Positions 27,355 through 40,900 are shown, counted from the first letter of the stretch. The stretch: DNA of 64,000 nt from Mobula hypostoma (GCF_963921235.1 NC_086108.1:3348001-3412000), one strand, 5' to 3'. The notes: generated by a model from the letters alone, not told the origin. Translations and numbers: made by a program.

Positions 27355-28386
27355 GTGAGGGCACTAGTGAGGGAGGCCACCAAGAGACCTATGTCAACAC
27401 TGGCCGAGTTACAAGCTTCAGTGGCTGAGATGGGAGAGACTGTGCATACAACAACTGTTGCCCGGGTGCTTCACCAGTCACAGCTTTATGAGAGAGTGGC
27501 AAAGAGAAACCCACTGTTGAAAAATCTCACATGAAATTTTGACTTGGAGTTTGCCAAAGGCATGTAGGACACTCTGAAGTCAGCTGGAAGACGGTTCTAT
27601 GTTTTGATGAAACTAAAATTGAGCTTTTTGGCCATCAGACTAAGTGTTATGTTTGACTTATGCACATCATCAAAATACACACAATCCCTACTGTGAAGCA
27701 TGGTGGTGGCTGCATCATGCTGTGAAGATGTTTCACCACAGCAGCCCCTAAAAGGCTTGTGAAGGTAAGAGGGTAAAATGAATACAGCAAAATACAGGGA
27801 AATCCTGGAGGAAAACCTGATGCAGTCTGCAAAAGAACTGCAACTTGGGAGAAGATTTGTTTTCCACCAAGACAATGACCTCAAGCATAAAGCCAAAGCT
27901 ACACAGGAATGGCTTAAAAACAACAAAGTTAATGTCCCGGAGTGGCCAAGTCAGAGTCCAGACCTCAATCCAATTGAGAATTTGTGGCTGGACTTGAAAA
28001 GGGCTGTTCACTCATGATCCCCATGCAATCTGACAGAGATTGAGCAGTTTTGTAAAGAAGAATGGGGAAAAATTGCAGTGTCCAGATGTGCAAAGCTGAT
28101 AGAGACCTATCCACACAGACTCAAGGCTGTAATTGTTGCCAAAGGTGTGTCTACTAAATACTGACTTGAAGGGAGTGAATACTTATGCAATCACTTATTT
28201 TGTGTTTTATATTTGTAATTAATGTAGATCACTTTGTAGAGATCTGTTTTCACTTTGACACAAAAGAGTCTTTTTCTGTTGATCAGTGTCAAAAAAAGTC
28301 AAATTAAATCCACTATGATGCAATGTTGTAAAACAATAAAACATGAAAACTTCCAGGTGGGGAGTGAATACTTCTTATCGACAGTG
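27355..28386 (+). mobile_element. 5'-truncated Tc1 transposon (same family as 45552-48591)
   Basis: [26 protein letters not shown]; right TIR present. Confidence 0.9.
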
Positions 28387-28699
28387 TACAAGAGACAAAT
28401 AAAGTTAATCTTTAGATCTTTTGTTATCCCGCCCCCACAACATCTGGTTGCATCTACAACCTACCAGCCCCTCACTCACCATTCCCACTCACTTCTTTAT
28501 AATGGATAGAGAGTTCTCTCTCACACCTGACACTGGGTCTTAAAATGAAATATTGTCCAGCCCTTCATCTCTACAGATGGTGCTTAACCTGCTGAGTTCC
28601 TCCAGCAGTTTGTTTTTACTCATTACCATGGCATCATAAACCCATCAAATGAATGATACCGCAGATACAGATCATTTTGAATACTAGTACTACACTCCA

Positions 28700-29195
28700 G
28701 GACAAAACAAACACACATACACAAAATGCTGGAGGAACTCAGCATCTACGACCAGAGTAACACACACAAAACACTGGAAGAATCAGCCGGTCAGGCAGCA
28801 TCTGTGGAGGAAGGAGGATAGCTAGAAGGTGATAGGTGAAGCCAGGTGGGTGGGAAATGAAAAAGGGCTGGAGAGGAGAGTTGACCATAGGAGATAGGGA
28901 AGGAGGAGGGGACCCAGGGGGCGATGATAGGCAAGTGAGAAGAGGTAAGGGGACAGAGTGGAAGCTACTCAGACAGAATATATGGTGCTGCTCCTCCACC
29001 CTGCGGTTGGCACAAAAGGAGGCCGTGGGCCGACACATCAGAACAGGAATTGGAAAAGGAATTAAAATGTTTGGCCACCAAGAAGTCCCACTTGTGGAGC
29101 AGAGGTGCTCGATGAAGCAGTCCCCCAACGTTTGATGGGTCTCACCAACATAGAGGAGGCTGCATCAGGAGCACCGGACTCAACAGATGACCCCA
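28700..29195 (-). mobile_element. Penelope-like GIY-YIG fragment
   Basis: GDCFIEHL..RVEEQHHIFCL plus terminal repeat sequence. Confidence 0.7.
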
Positions 29196-29241
29196 GTCAT
29201 GTAACATATTTTTCTTATTAATTAACAGAATTACTTAGTAC

Positions 29242-29279
29242 CTCACTGTCAGAGTCTGCACCAGTCTTCACGTCTGAAG
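29242..29279 (-). CDS. SIRT2: SIRT2 coding exon 2 ((A)SDVKTGADSDSE)
   Basis: ttcttttctttcattag|CT...GAG|gtacta; 38 nt, phase 1 to 0. Carries the acidic DSDSE motif typical of the SIRT2 N-terminus. Confidence 0.75.
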
Positions 29280-29966
29280 CTAATGAAAGAAAAGAAATTT
29301 GTTTAAGGATAGCTCCTGAAAGTTCAAAGCTCAAAGTACATTTATTATCAAAGTGTGTATACATTATACAACTTTGAGATTCATCTCCTTACAGGCAGCC
29401 ACAAAGCAAAGAAACCCAAAAGATGAACCCATAAAAAGACCGTCACACACCCGTTATGCAGAGAGAAAAAAAGCAAATTGTGCAGACAATAAAAGTAAGC
29501 AAATAGCATTCAGAACTGACATTTTCTGAAAGACATGAAGCCAGGTGTCACTGCGGCCGAAGCAAGCCACAGTGCCAGTTTATTCCAGAGCCAAGTAAAC
29601 ACCATGAAGCAGCAAGCAGAACCAATCCAGACCTGAGACACTAACTTCTTCAATCTGGCCTGGCACTTAAATTGTCCAAACATCAGGCATCGGGTTTACA
29701 CCCGTGAAGTCTTACCACAACAAAGGTTAATTTAGCCTTGTTGACGTAAGTGTCATTGTGTTAAAGGCACATGTTGCTATGTAAATACAAACTCCTTGTA
29801 TTACAAGTAAGATCTGCAGCTATTTAGAATACAAAACAAAATCAGAAAACACTGGAAACTCTCAACAATTCAGGCAGCATCAGTAGGAGAGGAATAGACC
29901 AACATATTGGGTCAAGGTTCTTTATCACAACTGGAAAAGTGAGAAGACAAAATTGTTTTCAGTTGC

Positions 29967-30190
29967 ACAGCAGGGCGGAGTTCCCTCTATGCTGCGTGGG
30001 TGTACAGCTGCACAGTGACTGAAATGCTTCTGCACACATAGCCTTTGTTGCCTCACTGCCGGAATTTTCTTTTATGGAACGTTAAGTTAAAGTGCCACAG
30101 GGTTTTCAAGCTGTGGAAAAATTTCCTCCTGAGAGCAAAGCTTGTTCCCCCCACTGACCCGGCTGTTAAAAAAAATTAGGAGTAACATTG
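29967..30190. mobile_element. Small hAT-type MITE
   Basis: Degenerate TIRs gagttccctctatg / ttaggagtaacattg resembling CAATGTTCCCTCTAA. Confidence 0.5.
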
Positions 30191-30752
30191 CAGAAAGGTA
30201 AGGGTGAAGATTGCGAGAGAAAATATCTGTGATAGCATGTAAATTGAAATAGTCAAATTATTTTAGAAACTGTTAGCTGGAGGCAGAAAAATAAAACCGA
30301 AGCTGAGCGATCTGGACATACCTATGGGAGAGGAGTGTGTGTAAACATTCACTGAGATTGTTAAATTAAAGGGCTCTAATGTACAAAAGAGCCTATGTGG
30401 GGCATTGTTGGAGCAACATTCTGTTGGAGCAGAAATTGAAAATGAAAAGGTTCGAAATTCAATTTCACTGAAGAAGTCTGTGTGCCCGCGAGTGCATTGG
30501 AGGCTGGCAGCTGGAGATGGCCTCTCTTTGGGTTGTTGAACTGTACGTTCGTGGGTGGTTTGGAGAGAAGAATGGGGCTTTTTACTGTTGTTGTTTTGTT
30601 GCTTGTTGCTTTGTCGCTGACGACACTGTTTGAGTCTCAGAATTGTGGGAAATAAAGAGCAAATGGTGCTGTAGAGGAAGAAACTGCGAGAAAGGATAGA
30701 ACCAGTTATGTTTTTTGCAGCCTATCCCTTTAACTGGCCAAACCGGCTCTTT

Positions 30753-31536
30753 CTTCTTCTTCTTCTTCTATTTCCAGCTGTTTAGACACATCTAGGCGTA
30801 TTACAGCCCTCCCACAGGATATATAATTAATTATAGAACTTCAAGGAACTCAAATTCTCGAATACAACCTAGTCTCACACATAAACTGAATGATAGACTC
30901 TTCAATCAGATGTTGATTCTCTTGATGGCCAAACAAAGATTGAATAGAAAACCAAAATAAATATGATCCTCTCATATCCCTTTTGCCAATCACCTGTCCA
31001 GCTCTTGACTCCATCCCTCCCCCTCCTGTCTTCTCCTATCGTTTTAGATCTCCCCCCTCCCCCTACCACTTTCAAATCTCTTACTCACTCTTCCTTCAGT
31101 TAGTCCTGACAAAGGGTCTCGGCCCGAAACGTCGACTGTACCTCTTCCTAGAGATGCTGCCTGGCCTGCTGCGTTCACCAGCAACTTTGATGTGTGTTGC
31201 ATAAATTTAAACTAGATAGCCTGTTGAACGGCATGCTTCTTTCAATTTTGTATCGATTACGCCTCAGCAAAACATGCTGGACAGTCTCTGGGCTACCACA
31301 GTCACATAATCCAGTAGCATGTTTTCCTATTATCTTTAAATAATAGTTTAGCCCACAATGCCCCAACCTGAGTCTTCTAAATTTCACCATATCTCTACGA
31401 CTTAAAAGGTAACCCTTTTAACTCGTGAGTGACTAGAAAAATAATGCCTGCCCCTTAATTCATTTTTTCAATCCTCCTGCCACTTCTTCGCTATACCTTT
31501 TTTAATCCTACTTCTCAATTCTGCTCTGCCTAGGGG
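30753..31536 (-). mobile_element. 5'-truncated Nimb/I-group LINE with 12-bp TSD; Penelope repeat nested at ~30964-31200
   Basis: RLRLGHCGLNYYLKIIGKHATGLCDCGSPETVQHVLL zinc knuckle; (GAA)n tail; TSD aaccggctcttt at 30741-30752 and 31537-31548. Confidence 0.85.
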
Positions 31537-31549
31537 AACCGGCTCTTTA

Positions 31550-31975
31550 AAAACAAAACCCGCCCCTTCTTTGTTCTGATTGGCTGGACCAACATAAACC
31601 TCGATTCTCTTAGGTCAGGCAATTGTCAATCGCATGGCGTCACCATAAAACCGGTCCCACCCCACCCCACCCCACCCCACCGCAAAGCCTCGGTTCCCGA
31701 CCATTTTCGGTCCAGCCGAAAGAGCGGGTTTATGTCACTTCTGATTATAATCAGACGAGAGCGACCGCCGCCTCCTCCCCACCGGCACCACCCCCATGTT
31801 TCACCTTCCTGCCGAGACATCGAGTTGATTTACGGTCACCGGCGCTCCCACCGACACTCCGATCCGCCAGCCCCGTACAACCTGGTATTAACGTCCGGTC
31901 CTGTAACTGAAGGCGCAAAGAAAGGTTCCGGCACGGGAGTCGGCATTGTGGCGCTGAGCCCTGTTACTTAGAGTA
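31550..31975. promoter_or_regulatory. CpG-rich SIRT2 promoter / exon 1 region
   Basis: Locally high CpG density around exon 1. GC box cccgcccc at 31559, ATTGG (CCAAT) at 31579, ETS-like ttccgg at 31926. Confidence 0.65.
31805..31820 (-). CDS. SIRT2: SIRT2 coding exon 1 (MSRQE + G)
   Basis: ATG TCT CGG CAG GAA G|gtgaaa inside the main CpG-rich promoter-like stretch. It is 16 coding nt and its phase-1 end joins the next exon in frame, as recalled for mammalian SIRT2 exon 1. Confidence 0.75.
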
Positions 31976-31984
31976 GATAGTGAG

Positions 31985-32727
31985 ACCATAAAACAGAAGA
32001 GCAGAATTAGGCCATTCAGTCCATCGAATCTGTTCCGGCACTCCATCATGGCTGATTTATTATCCCTTTCAACCCCATTTTTCTGCCTTGCACCAAAAGC
32101 CTCGAATGCCCCTTCTAATCAAAAATTCATCAACCTCTGCTTTAAATATACCCAAAGACTTGGCCTCCACATCCTATATGGCAATGAATTCCACAGTTTA
32201 CCACCCACTGGCTAAAAAATTCCTCCTCATTTTGGTTAATTTGTAGGAAAAGATACTCTCCGTATCCACTCCATCTAGGCCTTTCAATATCTGATAAAAT
32301 GAGATTCTCCCCTTATTCTTCTAAAACTCCAGCAAGAGGGGGGGATCTTATTGAAACATATAAAATTCTAAAGGGATTGGACAGGCTAGATGCAGGAAGA
32401 TTGTTCCCGATGTTGGGGAAGTCCAGAACAAGGGGTCACAGTTTGAGGATAGAGGGGAAGCCTTTTAGGACCGAGATTAGGAAAAACTTCACACAGAGAG
32501 TGGTGAATCTGTGGAATTCTCTGCCACAGGAAACAGTTAAGGCCAGTTCATTGGTTATATTTAAGAAGGAGTTAGATACGGCCCTTGTGGCTAAAGGGAT
32601 CAGGGGGTATGGAGGGAAGGCTGGTACAGGGTTCTGAGTTGGATGATCAGCCATGATCATACCGAATGGCGGTGCAGGCTCGAAGGGCCGAATGGCCTAC
32701 TGCACCTATTTTCTATGTTTCTATGTT
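31985..32727. mobile_element. Two CR1 3' fragments (older minus copy interrupted by a younger plus copy at ~32335-32727)
   Basis: GDLIETYKILKGLD..FTQRVVNLWNSLP; (ttctatg)n tail. Confidence 0.85.
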
Positions 32728-33437
32728 TAAGTATGGGCCAAGAGCTATCAAACACTGACCTACTCACTTATTTGGGCCCTTAGTTCCTCAGTGGAGCATA
32801 GGCCAAGGATGACCTCCTGTCTCTATCATCCAAAGTCAATGGCGTGGTTGGAGTACCAATGGATTTCTGAAATCCATTTGTATCCACTGTACAGGGGATT
32901 GGCCTGTACAGCTTCACCTGAGCCCCGTTGGCCGGCCTTACCCATTTTTCTGTGCGAGGAGTGGCACCCCACACAGACTTCCAATCTGCGCCTTGTGAGG
33001 CATGAAAATGCCCGACACAGGCCTCTCATGGTCTGAGTCGACGGTCCCCTTCGACCCATTTCCACCTTTCATGACAGGGAGGTAGGGTTGGACTTTGAGA
33101 GGCCATCAAGCACTGAGCTGGTGTTCAACATGAAGCTAAATGTACTAAGAGTGGAGTTGAGGTGCTGTTTCCCACAGCTAATGTTGGAGAGCTGGAGAGA
33201 GGAAAAATATGGAAGGGTGGGAAATAAGAAACACAATGTGGTGGAGATAATCTGCAGGTCGGGTATCATCTGAGGAAAGAGAAACAGATTTATCAAATAG
33301 CCTGAAGAAAGGTCTATGATTTGAAATGTTAACACAGGTTTTCCTTCTGCAAATGCCACCTGATGCACTGAATATCCCCAGTACTTTCTGCTGAGGCAGT
33401 GGTAACAAATTTGTATTATTTATTGAATTGAAATGAT

Positions 33438-34735
33438 ACCCATGACTGTGTTGCCACCCACACCTCCAATCTGCTAATTAAATTTGCTGACGATACTACA
33501 CTGATCGGCCTAATCTCAAATAATAATGAGGCAGCCTACAGGGAAGAAGTCATCACCCTGACACAGTGGTGTCAAGAAACAACTTCCACCTCAATGTTGC
33601 AAAAACAAAGGAGCTGTTTTGGATTCAGGAGGAATGGAGACAGGCTAACCCCTATTTACGTCAGTGGATTTGGGGTTGGGAGGGTGAACAGCTTTAAGTT
33701 CCTCGGCATCCACATCACTGAGGATCTCACGTGGTCTGTACCAGCTGTGTGGTGAAAAAGGCACAACAGCACCTCTTTCACTTCAGACGGTTGAAGAAGT
33801 TTGCTGTGGGCCCCAAAATCCTAAGAACTTTCTACAGGGGTGTGATTGGGAGCATCCTGACTGGCTGTATCACTGTCTGGTATGGGAACTGTACTTCCCT
33901 CAATCGCAGGACTCTGCTGACAGCCCAGCGTGTCTGTAGTTGTGAACTTCCCACTATTCAGGACATTTACAAAGACAGGTGTGTAAAAAGGGCCCATAGG
34001 ATCACTGGAGACCCGAGCCATCCCAACCACAATCTATTCCAGCTGTTACCATCCGGGAAACGGTACCGCAGCATGAAAGCCAGGACCAACAGGCTCTGGG
34101 ACAGCTTCTTCCACCAGACATCAGACTGATGAACTCACGCTGACTTGGGTGTACTCTATATTACATTGACTGTTCTATTTATTATAAATTATTATAAATT
34201 ACTACGATTGCACATTGCACTTTTAGATGGAGATGTAACGTGAAGATTTTTACTCATGTATGTGAAGGATGTAAGAAATAAAGTCAATTCAATTCAATTC
34301 ACTACAAGCACAAACCAGAAATCATAGCTGACTGGAGAGTTTCACGTACTGCTTAGGGATTGGGACATTGCCTTCAGATCGGGAGGACAGGATGTCTCTA
34401 AGGTCAGTAAGAGCTGCAATCTCCTGTGCCATTGGGAAGGCAAAGCACAAGTATGCACAGAAAATTCACAGACACCGCGTGTGGCAAGGTATTCAACCCA
34501 TAACAGATGACAAGTCCACCCTGCGAGACAGCTTCTTCCACCAGGCCGTCAGACTGATTAATTCATGCTGATACAATTGTATTTCTATATTACATTGACT
34601 GTCCTGTTGTACATACTATTTATTATAAATTACTAAATTGTGCGTTGCACATTTAGATGCGGACGTAACGTAAAGATTTTTACTCCTCATGTATATGAAG
34701 GATGTAAGAAATAAAGTCAATTCAATTTGATTCAA
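33438..34735 (+). mobile_element. Rex1/Babar LINE fragments
   Basis: KFADDTT, VKKAQQHLFHFRRLKK, SILTGCITVWYG; (caatt)n tails. Confidence 0.85.
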
Positions 34736-34989
34736 TCATATTTCCTCAGGACACAATCAGTGCTGGCTGAGAGAGCCTTTCCTTTCCCCCACTATCTTTC
34801 CACGTAATTTTCCACGACGTTCCTCTCAACTTAATATTAATGCTACAACTAATAATAATTATAGAACATTTTTCACACCGATGATGTAGTTCGAAGTGCT
34901 TTTCAGTGGGGTAAAGTGCAAACATGAAAATAATAAAAAGATGTTAGTTAAAAGCAAGGTTAAATAAATAAATTTGGAGCTGGTATTTA

Positions 34990-35670
34990 GTCATAGTCAT
35001 AGTCATAGTCATACTTTATTGATCCCGGGGGAAATTGGTTTTTGTTACAGTTGCACCATAAATAATAAATAGTAATAGAAAATAGTAATAAATAGTTAAA
35101 TAGTAATATGTAAATTATTCCAGTAAATTATGAAATAAGTCCAGGACCAGCCTATTGGCTCAGGGTGTCTGACCCTCCAAGGGAGGAGTTGTAAAGTTTG
35201 ATGGTCACGGGCAGGAATGACTTCCTATGACACTCTGTGTTGCATCTCGGTGGAATGAGTCTCTGGCTGAATGTACTCCTGTGCCCACCCAATACATTAT
35301 GTAGTGGATGGGAGACATTGTCCAAGATGGCATGCAACTTAGACAGCATCCTCTTTTCAGACACCACCGTCAGAGAGTCCAGTTCCATCCCCACAACATC
35401 ACTGGCCTTATGAATGAGTTTGTTGATTCTGTTGGTGTCTGCTACCCTCAGCCTGCTGCCCCAGCACACAACAGCAAACATGATAGCACTGGCAACCACA
35501 GACTCGTAGAACATCCTCAGCATCGTCTGGCAGATGTTAAAGGACCTCAGTCTCCTCAGGAAATAGAGACGGCTCTGACCCTTCTTGTAGACAGCCTCAG
35601 TGTTCTTTGACGAGTCCAGTTTATTGTCAATTCGTATCCCCAGGTGTTTGTAATCCTCCACCATGTCCAC
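34990..35670 (-). mobile_element. Rex1 LINE 3' fragment, relatively young
   Basis: Open 172-aa RT C-terminus KKGQSRLYFLRRLRSF..FYESVVASAI; (ctatga)n tail. Confidence 0.9.
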
Positions 35671-36024
35671 ACTCAGTTCTCAACATTACATCCTTGCTTT
35701 TATATTCTAATCATTTCCTGTCAGAGTCTCCTAATTTTCAGACTTTCCTGTGCCCTGTGTCACTTTATGGGCATTCAGTCAATCTCTATGTGTATAATAG
35801 ATGTATGTATATTTATTATGTTTTTAATTAATATTGTGTTCTTTATCTTATCGTGTTTTTTTGTGCTTCATTGGATCCAGAGTAACAATTATCTTTTTCT
35901 TCTTTATACATGTATACTGGAAATGACATCAAACAATTTTGAATCATATTGCTGAGAATAATAAGAACGATTTTAAAAACGAACAAGTTTTGCAGGGTTC
36001 TAGCCTTCCTTTCTCTAACCACTT

Positions 36025-36283
36025 TTAGGGGAAGTCATGTGACAAACGAAGGCCAGAGTGCTGTCTCAGATCTATATGAGCACTCAGGCCCGTCGTTAAG
36101 TCAGTGAGCCTCAGTGGCCGCAGGAACCAGCTGCAGAGAAGCTGGACGCTGTGGTTTTCCTGAAGACATGTCAGAGCGCAGATAGAAATAGTTATCAGCT
36201 TCCTGTGCATGAGAGTTCTCCGAACCCCCCCTAATCCTTCACTGGATTTACAGTCTCTACCGTGATGTGCATGACACATCTGC
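36025..36283 (-). other. Candidate terminal exon (3' UTR or short C-terminus) of the unidentified gene; 3' end not defined
   Basis: Acceptor attttatacctccag|GCAGATG followed by non-repeat sequence with no obvious donor. Confidence 0.35.
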
Positions 36284-36304
36284 CTGGAGGTATAAAATAT
36301 GTAT

Positions 36305-37190
36305 CATAGAACATGGAAGAGTACAGCACAGGAACAGGCCATTCAGCCCACAATGTTGTGCTAAAGGTATATTGTGCTAAAGATAGAGGTATATAAAATT
36401 ATGATGGGTATAGATAGAGTGAATGCAAGCAGGCTTTTTCCACTGAGGCAAGGGGAGAAAAAAAACCAGAGGACATGGGTTAAGGGTGAGGGGGGAAAAG
36501 TTTAAAGGGAACATTAGGGGGGGCTTCTTCACACAGAGAGTGGTGGGAGTATGGAATGAGCTGCCAGACGAGGTGGTAAATGCAGGTTCTTTTTTAACAT
36601 TTAAGAATAAATTGGACAGATACATGGATGGGAGGTGTATGGAGGGATATGGTCGGTGTGCAGGTCAGTGGGACTAGGCAGAAAATGGTTCAGCACAGCC
36701 AAGAAGGGCCAAAGGGCCTGTTTTTGTGCTGTAGTTTCTATGGTTCTATGGTTCTAACCCAGCTAAAATGTAAATCAAAAACACCCAAATACTAATCCCT
36801 CCTACCTACATCATGTCTATATCCCTCCATCTTCCTCACATCCATGCGCCTATCCAAATGTCTCTTAAAAACCTCTAATGTATTTGCCTCTACCATCAGA
36901 CCAGGTAACGCATCCACCACTCTCTGAGTAAAAAACTTACCCCTCACATCCCCTTTGAACCTACCCCCACCTCCCTCAATACATGCATTAGACATTTCAG
37001 CCCTGGGAAACAGATACCCTCTGCCTCTTATAATCTTGTAAACCTCTGTCAGATCTCCCCTCAGTCTCCGACGCTCCAGAGAAAACAACCCAAGTTTGTC
37101 CAACCTCTCGTGGTAGCACATGCCCTCGAAACCAGACAGCATCCTGGTAAACCTCTCCTGCACCCTCTCAAAAGCCTCAACATCCTTCCT
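36305..37190. mobile_element. CR1 3' fragments (plus copy ~36378-36756 nested in a minus copy)
   Basis: FFTQRVV..WNELP and ERVQERFTRML peptides. Confidence 0.85.
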
Positions 37191-37329
37191 ATATTTCAAA
37201 CATTGTAATTCTCTCTTATTTCTCTGAAAATATGCAGGATGGGGTTACTAGTCTGATTGGCAAGGATTGTCAAGCTGAGTTGGGCAGAGTTGACGGGTAT
37301 TTCCATTGGCTGGTGACAGGAGATGGATG

Positions 37330-37912
37330 TATTAGCTAATCAATGGCAGAAGTACATCGGGTGATAGAGTTGCCAACTGTCCACCAATCTGAGGCCTCCG
37401 CTGGCCAGGGTCGACCATGGATGTTACATCCCAGCTGTCTAGATACGCAAGCCAGGGCAGTACGATATGGAGAACAAGCTGTTGCCCATGTAGCAAACTC
37501 CCCCTCTCCACCTCCACACATCTGACGAAGCCAGAGTAATGGCAGTGACTGATACAGTTTAACACCAGCAGCATTACCGGAGTTGGTAGTCAGCATTAAA
37601 CTCAATGTAGGACTGCCTTACGGACTCCAGGTCCAGATTTTTCCCTTGGGGTTTAATGCCGAAGCCTTCCCCATGAGTTGGGTTTAGCCACAAGGCAGCG
37701 GAGGTTTGAGATCAGAGTTTTCCTTCTCCTAGATGAGCTGCCAACCACGGCTGGTGAGCCCCATCTGCCCAAAGCGACCGGCTTTAAGGCGCCAGTAACC
37801 CGCCTTTGCTCCTTCTTCTGTCAGTAGAAATGGTTCCGCCGGGCTTAGTAGCTAAGCCACACGTGAAGGCCAGGAGCTGGACTTGGTTGTCAGAGGCTGT
37901 TTGAGATGCATG
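37330..37912 (-). mobile_element. RTE/RTEX-like non-autonomous retroposon
   Basis: Contains ctaggagaaggaaaactctgatctcaaacc, a motif recalled from RTE-group 5' regions; no ORF. Confidence 0.4.
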
Positions 37913-37949
37913 GCAATGGGAGCATTTAATACTGAGTTTGATCGAGGTG

Positions 37950-40900
37950 CGACTGCACAGGCGTGTGGACGTCAGCGGGTTAGACTGGCAGGAAGAATTT
38001 AAAAAGAAGGCAGCTTTATAGAGTAGGAGGGCTTTGGCGATAATGGATCGAGGCGAGGTAAGATACTTGTGAAGGATAGGAACAGGAGGTATGTCTGTGA
38101 GGCCGGTGTTCTGTACTGGGTGTCGGATGTGGGATGTCTGGGAGACTCCCAGCCTCCTGGATGGCCACATCTGTGTCAAGTGCGTCGAGCTGCAGCTCCT
38201 CAGGGACCATGTTAGTGAAATGGAAATGCAGCTTGATGACCTTCGTCTGGTCAGGGAGAGTGAGGAGGTGATAGAGAGGAGCTATAGGCAGGTAGTCACA
38301 CCGGGGCCTGGGGAGACAGATAACTGCGTAACAGACAGGAGAGGGAAGGGCAAGAGTCAGACACTAGAGAGTACCCCTGTGGCTGTACCCGTACCCCTTC
38401 ACAATAAGTACTCCTGTTTGAGTACTGTGGGGGAGATGGCCTACCTGGGGGAAGCAACAGTGGCCGTGCCTCTGGCGTAGAGTCTGGCCTTGTGGCTCAG
38501 AAGGGTAGGGAAAGAAAGAGGATGGCAGCAATGATAGGGGACTCTATAGTTAGGGGGTCAGACAGGCGATTCTGTGGACACAGGAAAGAAACTCGGATGG
38601 TAGTTTGCCTCCCAGGTGCCAGGGTCCGGGATGTTTCTGATCACATCCACGATATCCTGAAGTGCGAAGGAGAACAGCCAGAGGTCGTGGTACATATTGG
38701 TACCAACGACATAGGCAGGAAAAGGGAGGCAGTCCTGAAAACAGACTACAGGGAGTTAGGAAAGAAGTTGAGAAGCAGAACCACAAGGGTAGTAATCTTG
38801 GGATTACTGCCTGTGCCACGTGACGGTGAGTATGGGAACAGAGTGAGGTGGAGGATAAATGCGTGGCTGAGAGATTGGAGCAGGGGCAAGGGTTCAAATT
38901 TCTGGATCATTGGGACCTCTTTTGGGACAGGCATGACCTGTTCAATAAGGATGGGTTGCACTTGAATCCACGCAGGACCAATATCCTGGCGGGGAGGTTT
39001 GCTAAGGCTACTGGGGAGAGTTTAAACTAGAATTGCTGGGGGGGGGGGAACCGAACTGAAGAGACGGAGGAAAGGGAGGTTGGCTCACAAATAGAGAAAG
39101 CTTGAAGGCAGTGTGAGAGGGAGGACAGACATGTAATAAAGAAGAGATACGCTCAGACCAATGGTTTGAGATGTGTCTATTTTAATCCAAGAGATATCAT
39201 AAACAAAGCGGATTAACTTAAAAGCGTGGGTCAGCACTTGGAGCTATGATGTTGTGGCCATTACATAGACCTGGATGGCTCAGGGGCAGGAATGGCTACT
39301 TAGAGTGCCAGGCTTTAGATGTTTCAGGAAGGACAGGGAGGGAGGCAAAAGAGGTGGGGGCATGGCACTGTTAATCAGAGACAGTGTCACGGCTGTAGAA
39401 AAGGAGGATGTCATGGAGGGATTGTCTACTGAGTCTCTGTGGGTAGAAGTTAGAAACAGGAAGGGGTCAATAACTCTACTGGGTGTTTTTTTATAGATCA
39501 CCCAATAGTAACAGGGACATCAAGGAGCAGATTGGGAGACAGATTCTGGAAAGGTGTAATAATAACAGGGTTGTCGTGGTGGGAGATCTTAATTTCCCAA
39601 ATATTGATTGGCATCTCCCTAGAGCAAGGGGATTAGATGGGATGGAGTTTGTTAGGTGTGTTCAGGAAGGTTTCCTGACACAATATGTAGATAAGACTAC
39701 AAACGGAGAGGCTGTACTTGATCTGGTATTGGGAAATGAACCTGGTCAGGTGTCAGGTCTCTCAGTGGGAGAGCGTTTTGGAGATAGTGATCACTAACTC
39801 CTTTACATGTCATTGGAGAGGGATAGGAACAGACAAGTTAGGAAAGCGTTTCATTGGATTAAGGGGAAATATGAAGCAATCAGGCAGGAACTTGAAAGCA
39901 TAAATTGGGAACAGATATTCTGAGGCAAATGTATGGCAGAAATGTGGCAAATGTTCAGGGAATATTTGAGTGGCGTTCTGCATAGGTACGTTCCAATGAG
40001 ACGAAAAGGATAGTAGGGTACATGAACCGTGGTGTACAAAGGCTGTTGAAAATCTAGTCAAGTAGAAAAGAAAAGCTTATGAAAGGTTCAAAAAACTAGG
40101 TAATGAAAGAGATCTAGAAGATTATAAGACTAGCAGGAAGAATGAAATTAAGAGAGCCAGAAGGGGCCATGAGAAGGCTTTGGCGAGCAAGATTAAGGAA
40201 AACCCCAAGGCATTCTACAAGTATGTGAAGAGCAAGAGGATAAGACGTGAGAGAATAGGACCAATCAAGAGAGACAGTGGAAAAGTGTGTATGGAACCAA
40301 AGGAGATTACAGAGATACTTATTGAATATTTTGCTTCAGTATTCACTATGCGAAAGGATCTTGGCAATTATAGGGATGACTTACAGTGGATTAGGCATAT
40401 AGACATTAAGAAAGAGGATGTGCTGGAGCTTTTGGAAAGCATCAGGTTGGATAAGTCTCTGGGACCGGATGAAATGTACCCCAGGCTACTGTGGGAGGTG
40501 AGGGAGGAGATTGCTGAGCCTCTGGCGATGATCTTTGCACCATCAATGGGGATGGGAGAGATTCCGGAGAATTGGGGGGTTGCAGATGTTGTTCCCTTAT
40601 TCAAGATTGTCCAGGAAATTATAGACCCCAGTGAGTCTTACTTCAGTGGTTGGTAAGTTGATAGAAAAGAACCCGAGAGGCAGGATTTATGAACATTTGG
40701 AGAGGCATAATATGATTAGGGGTAGTCAGCATGGCTTTGTCAAAGGCAGGTCGTGCCTTACGAGCCTGATTGAATTTTTTGAGGATGTGACATGGATGAA
40801 GGTAGAGCAGTAGATGTAGTGTATATGGATTTTAGCAAGACATTTGATAAGGTACCCCATGAAAGTAAGGAGGCATGGGATCCAAGGGGACTTTGCCTTG

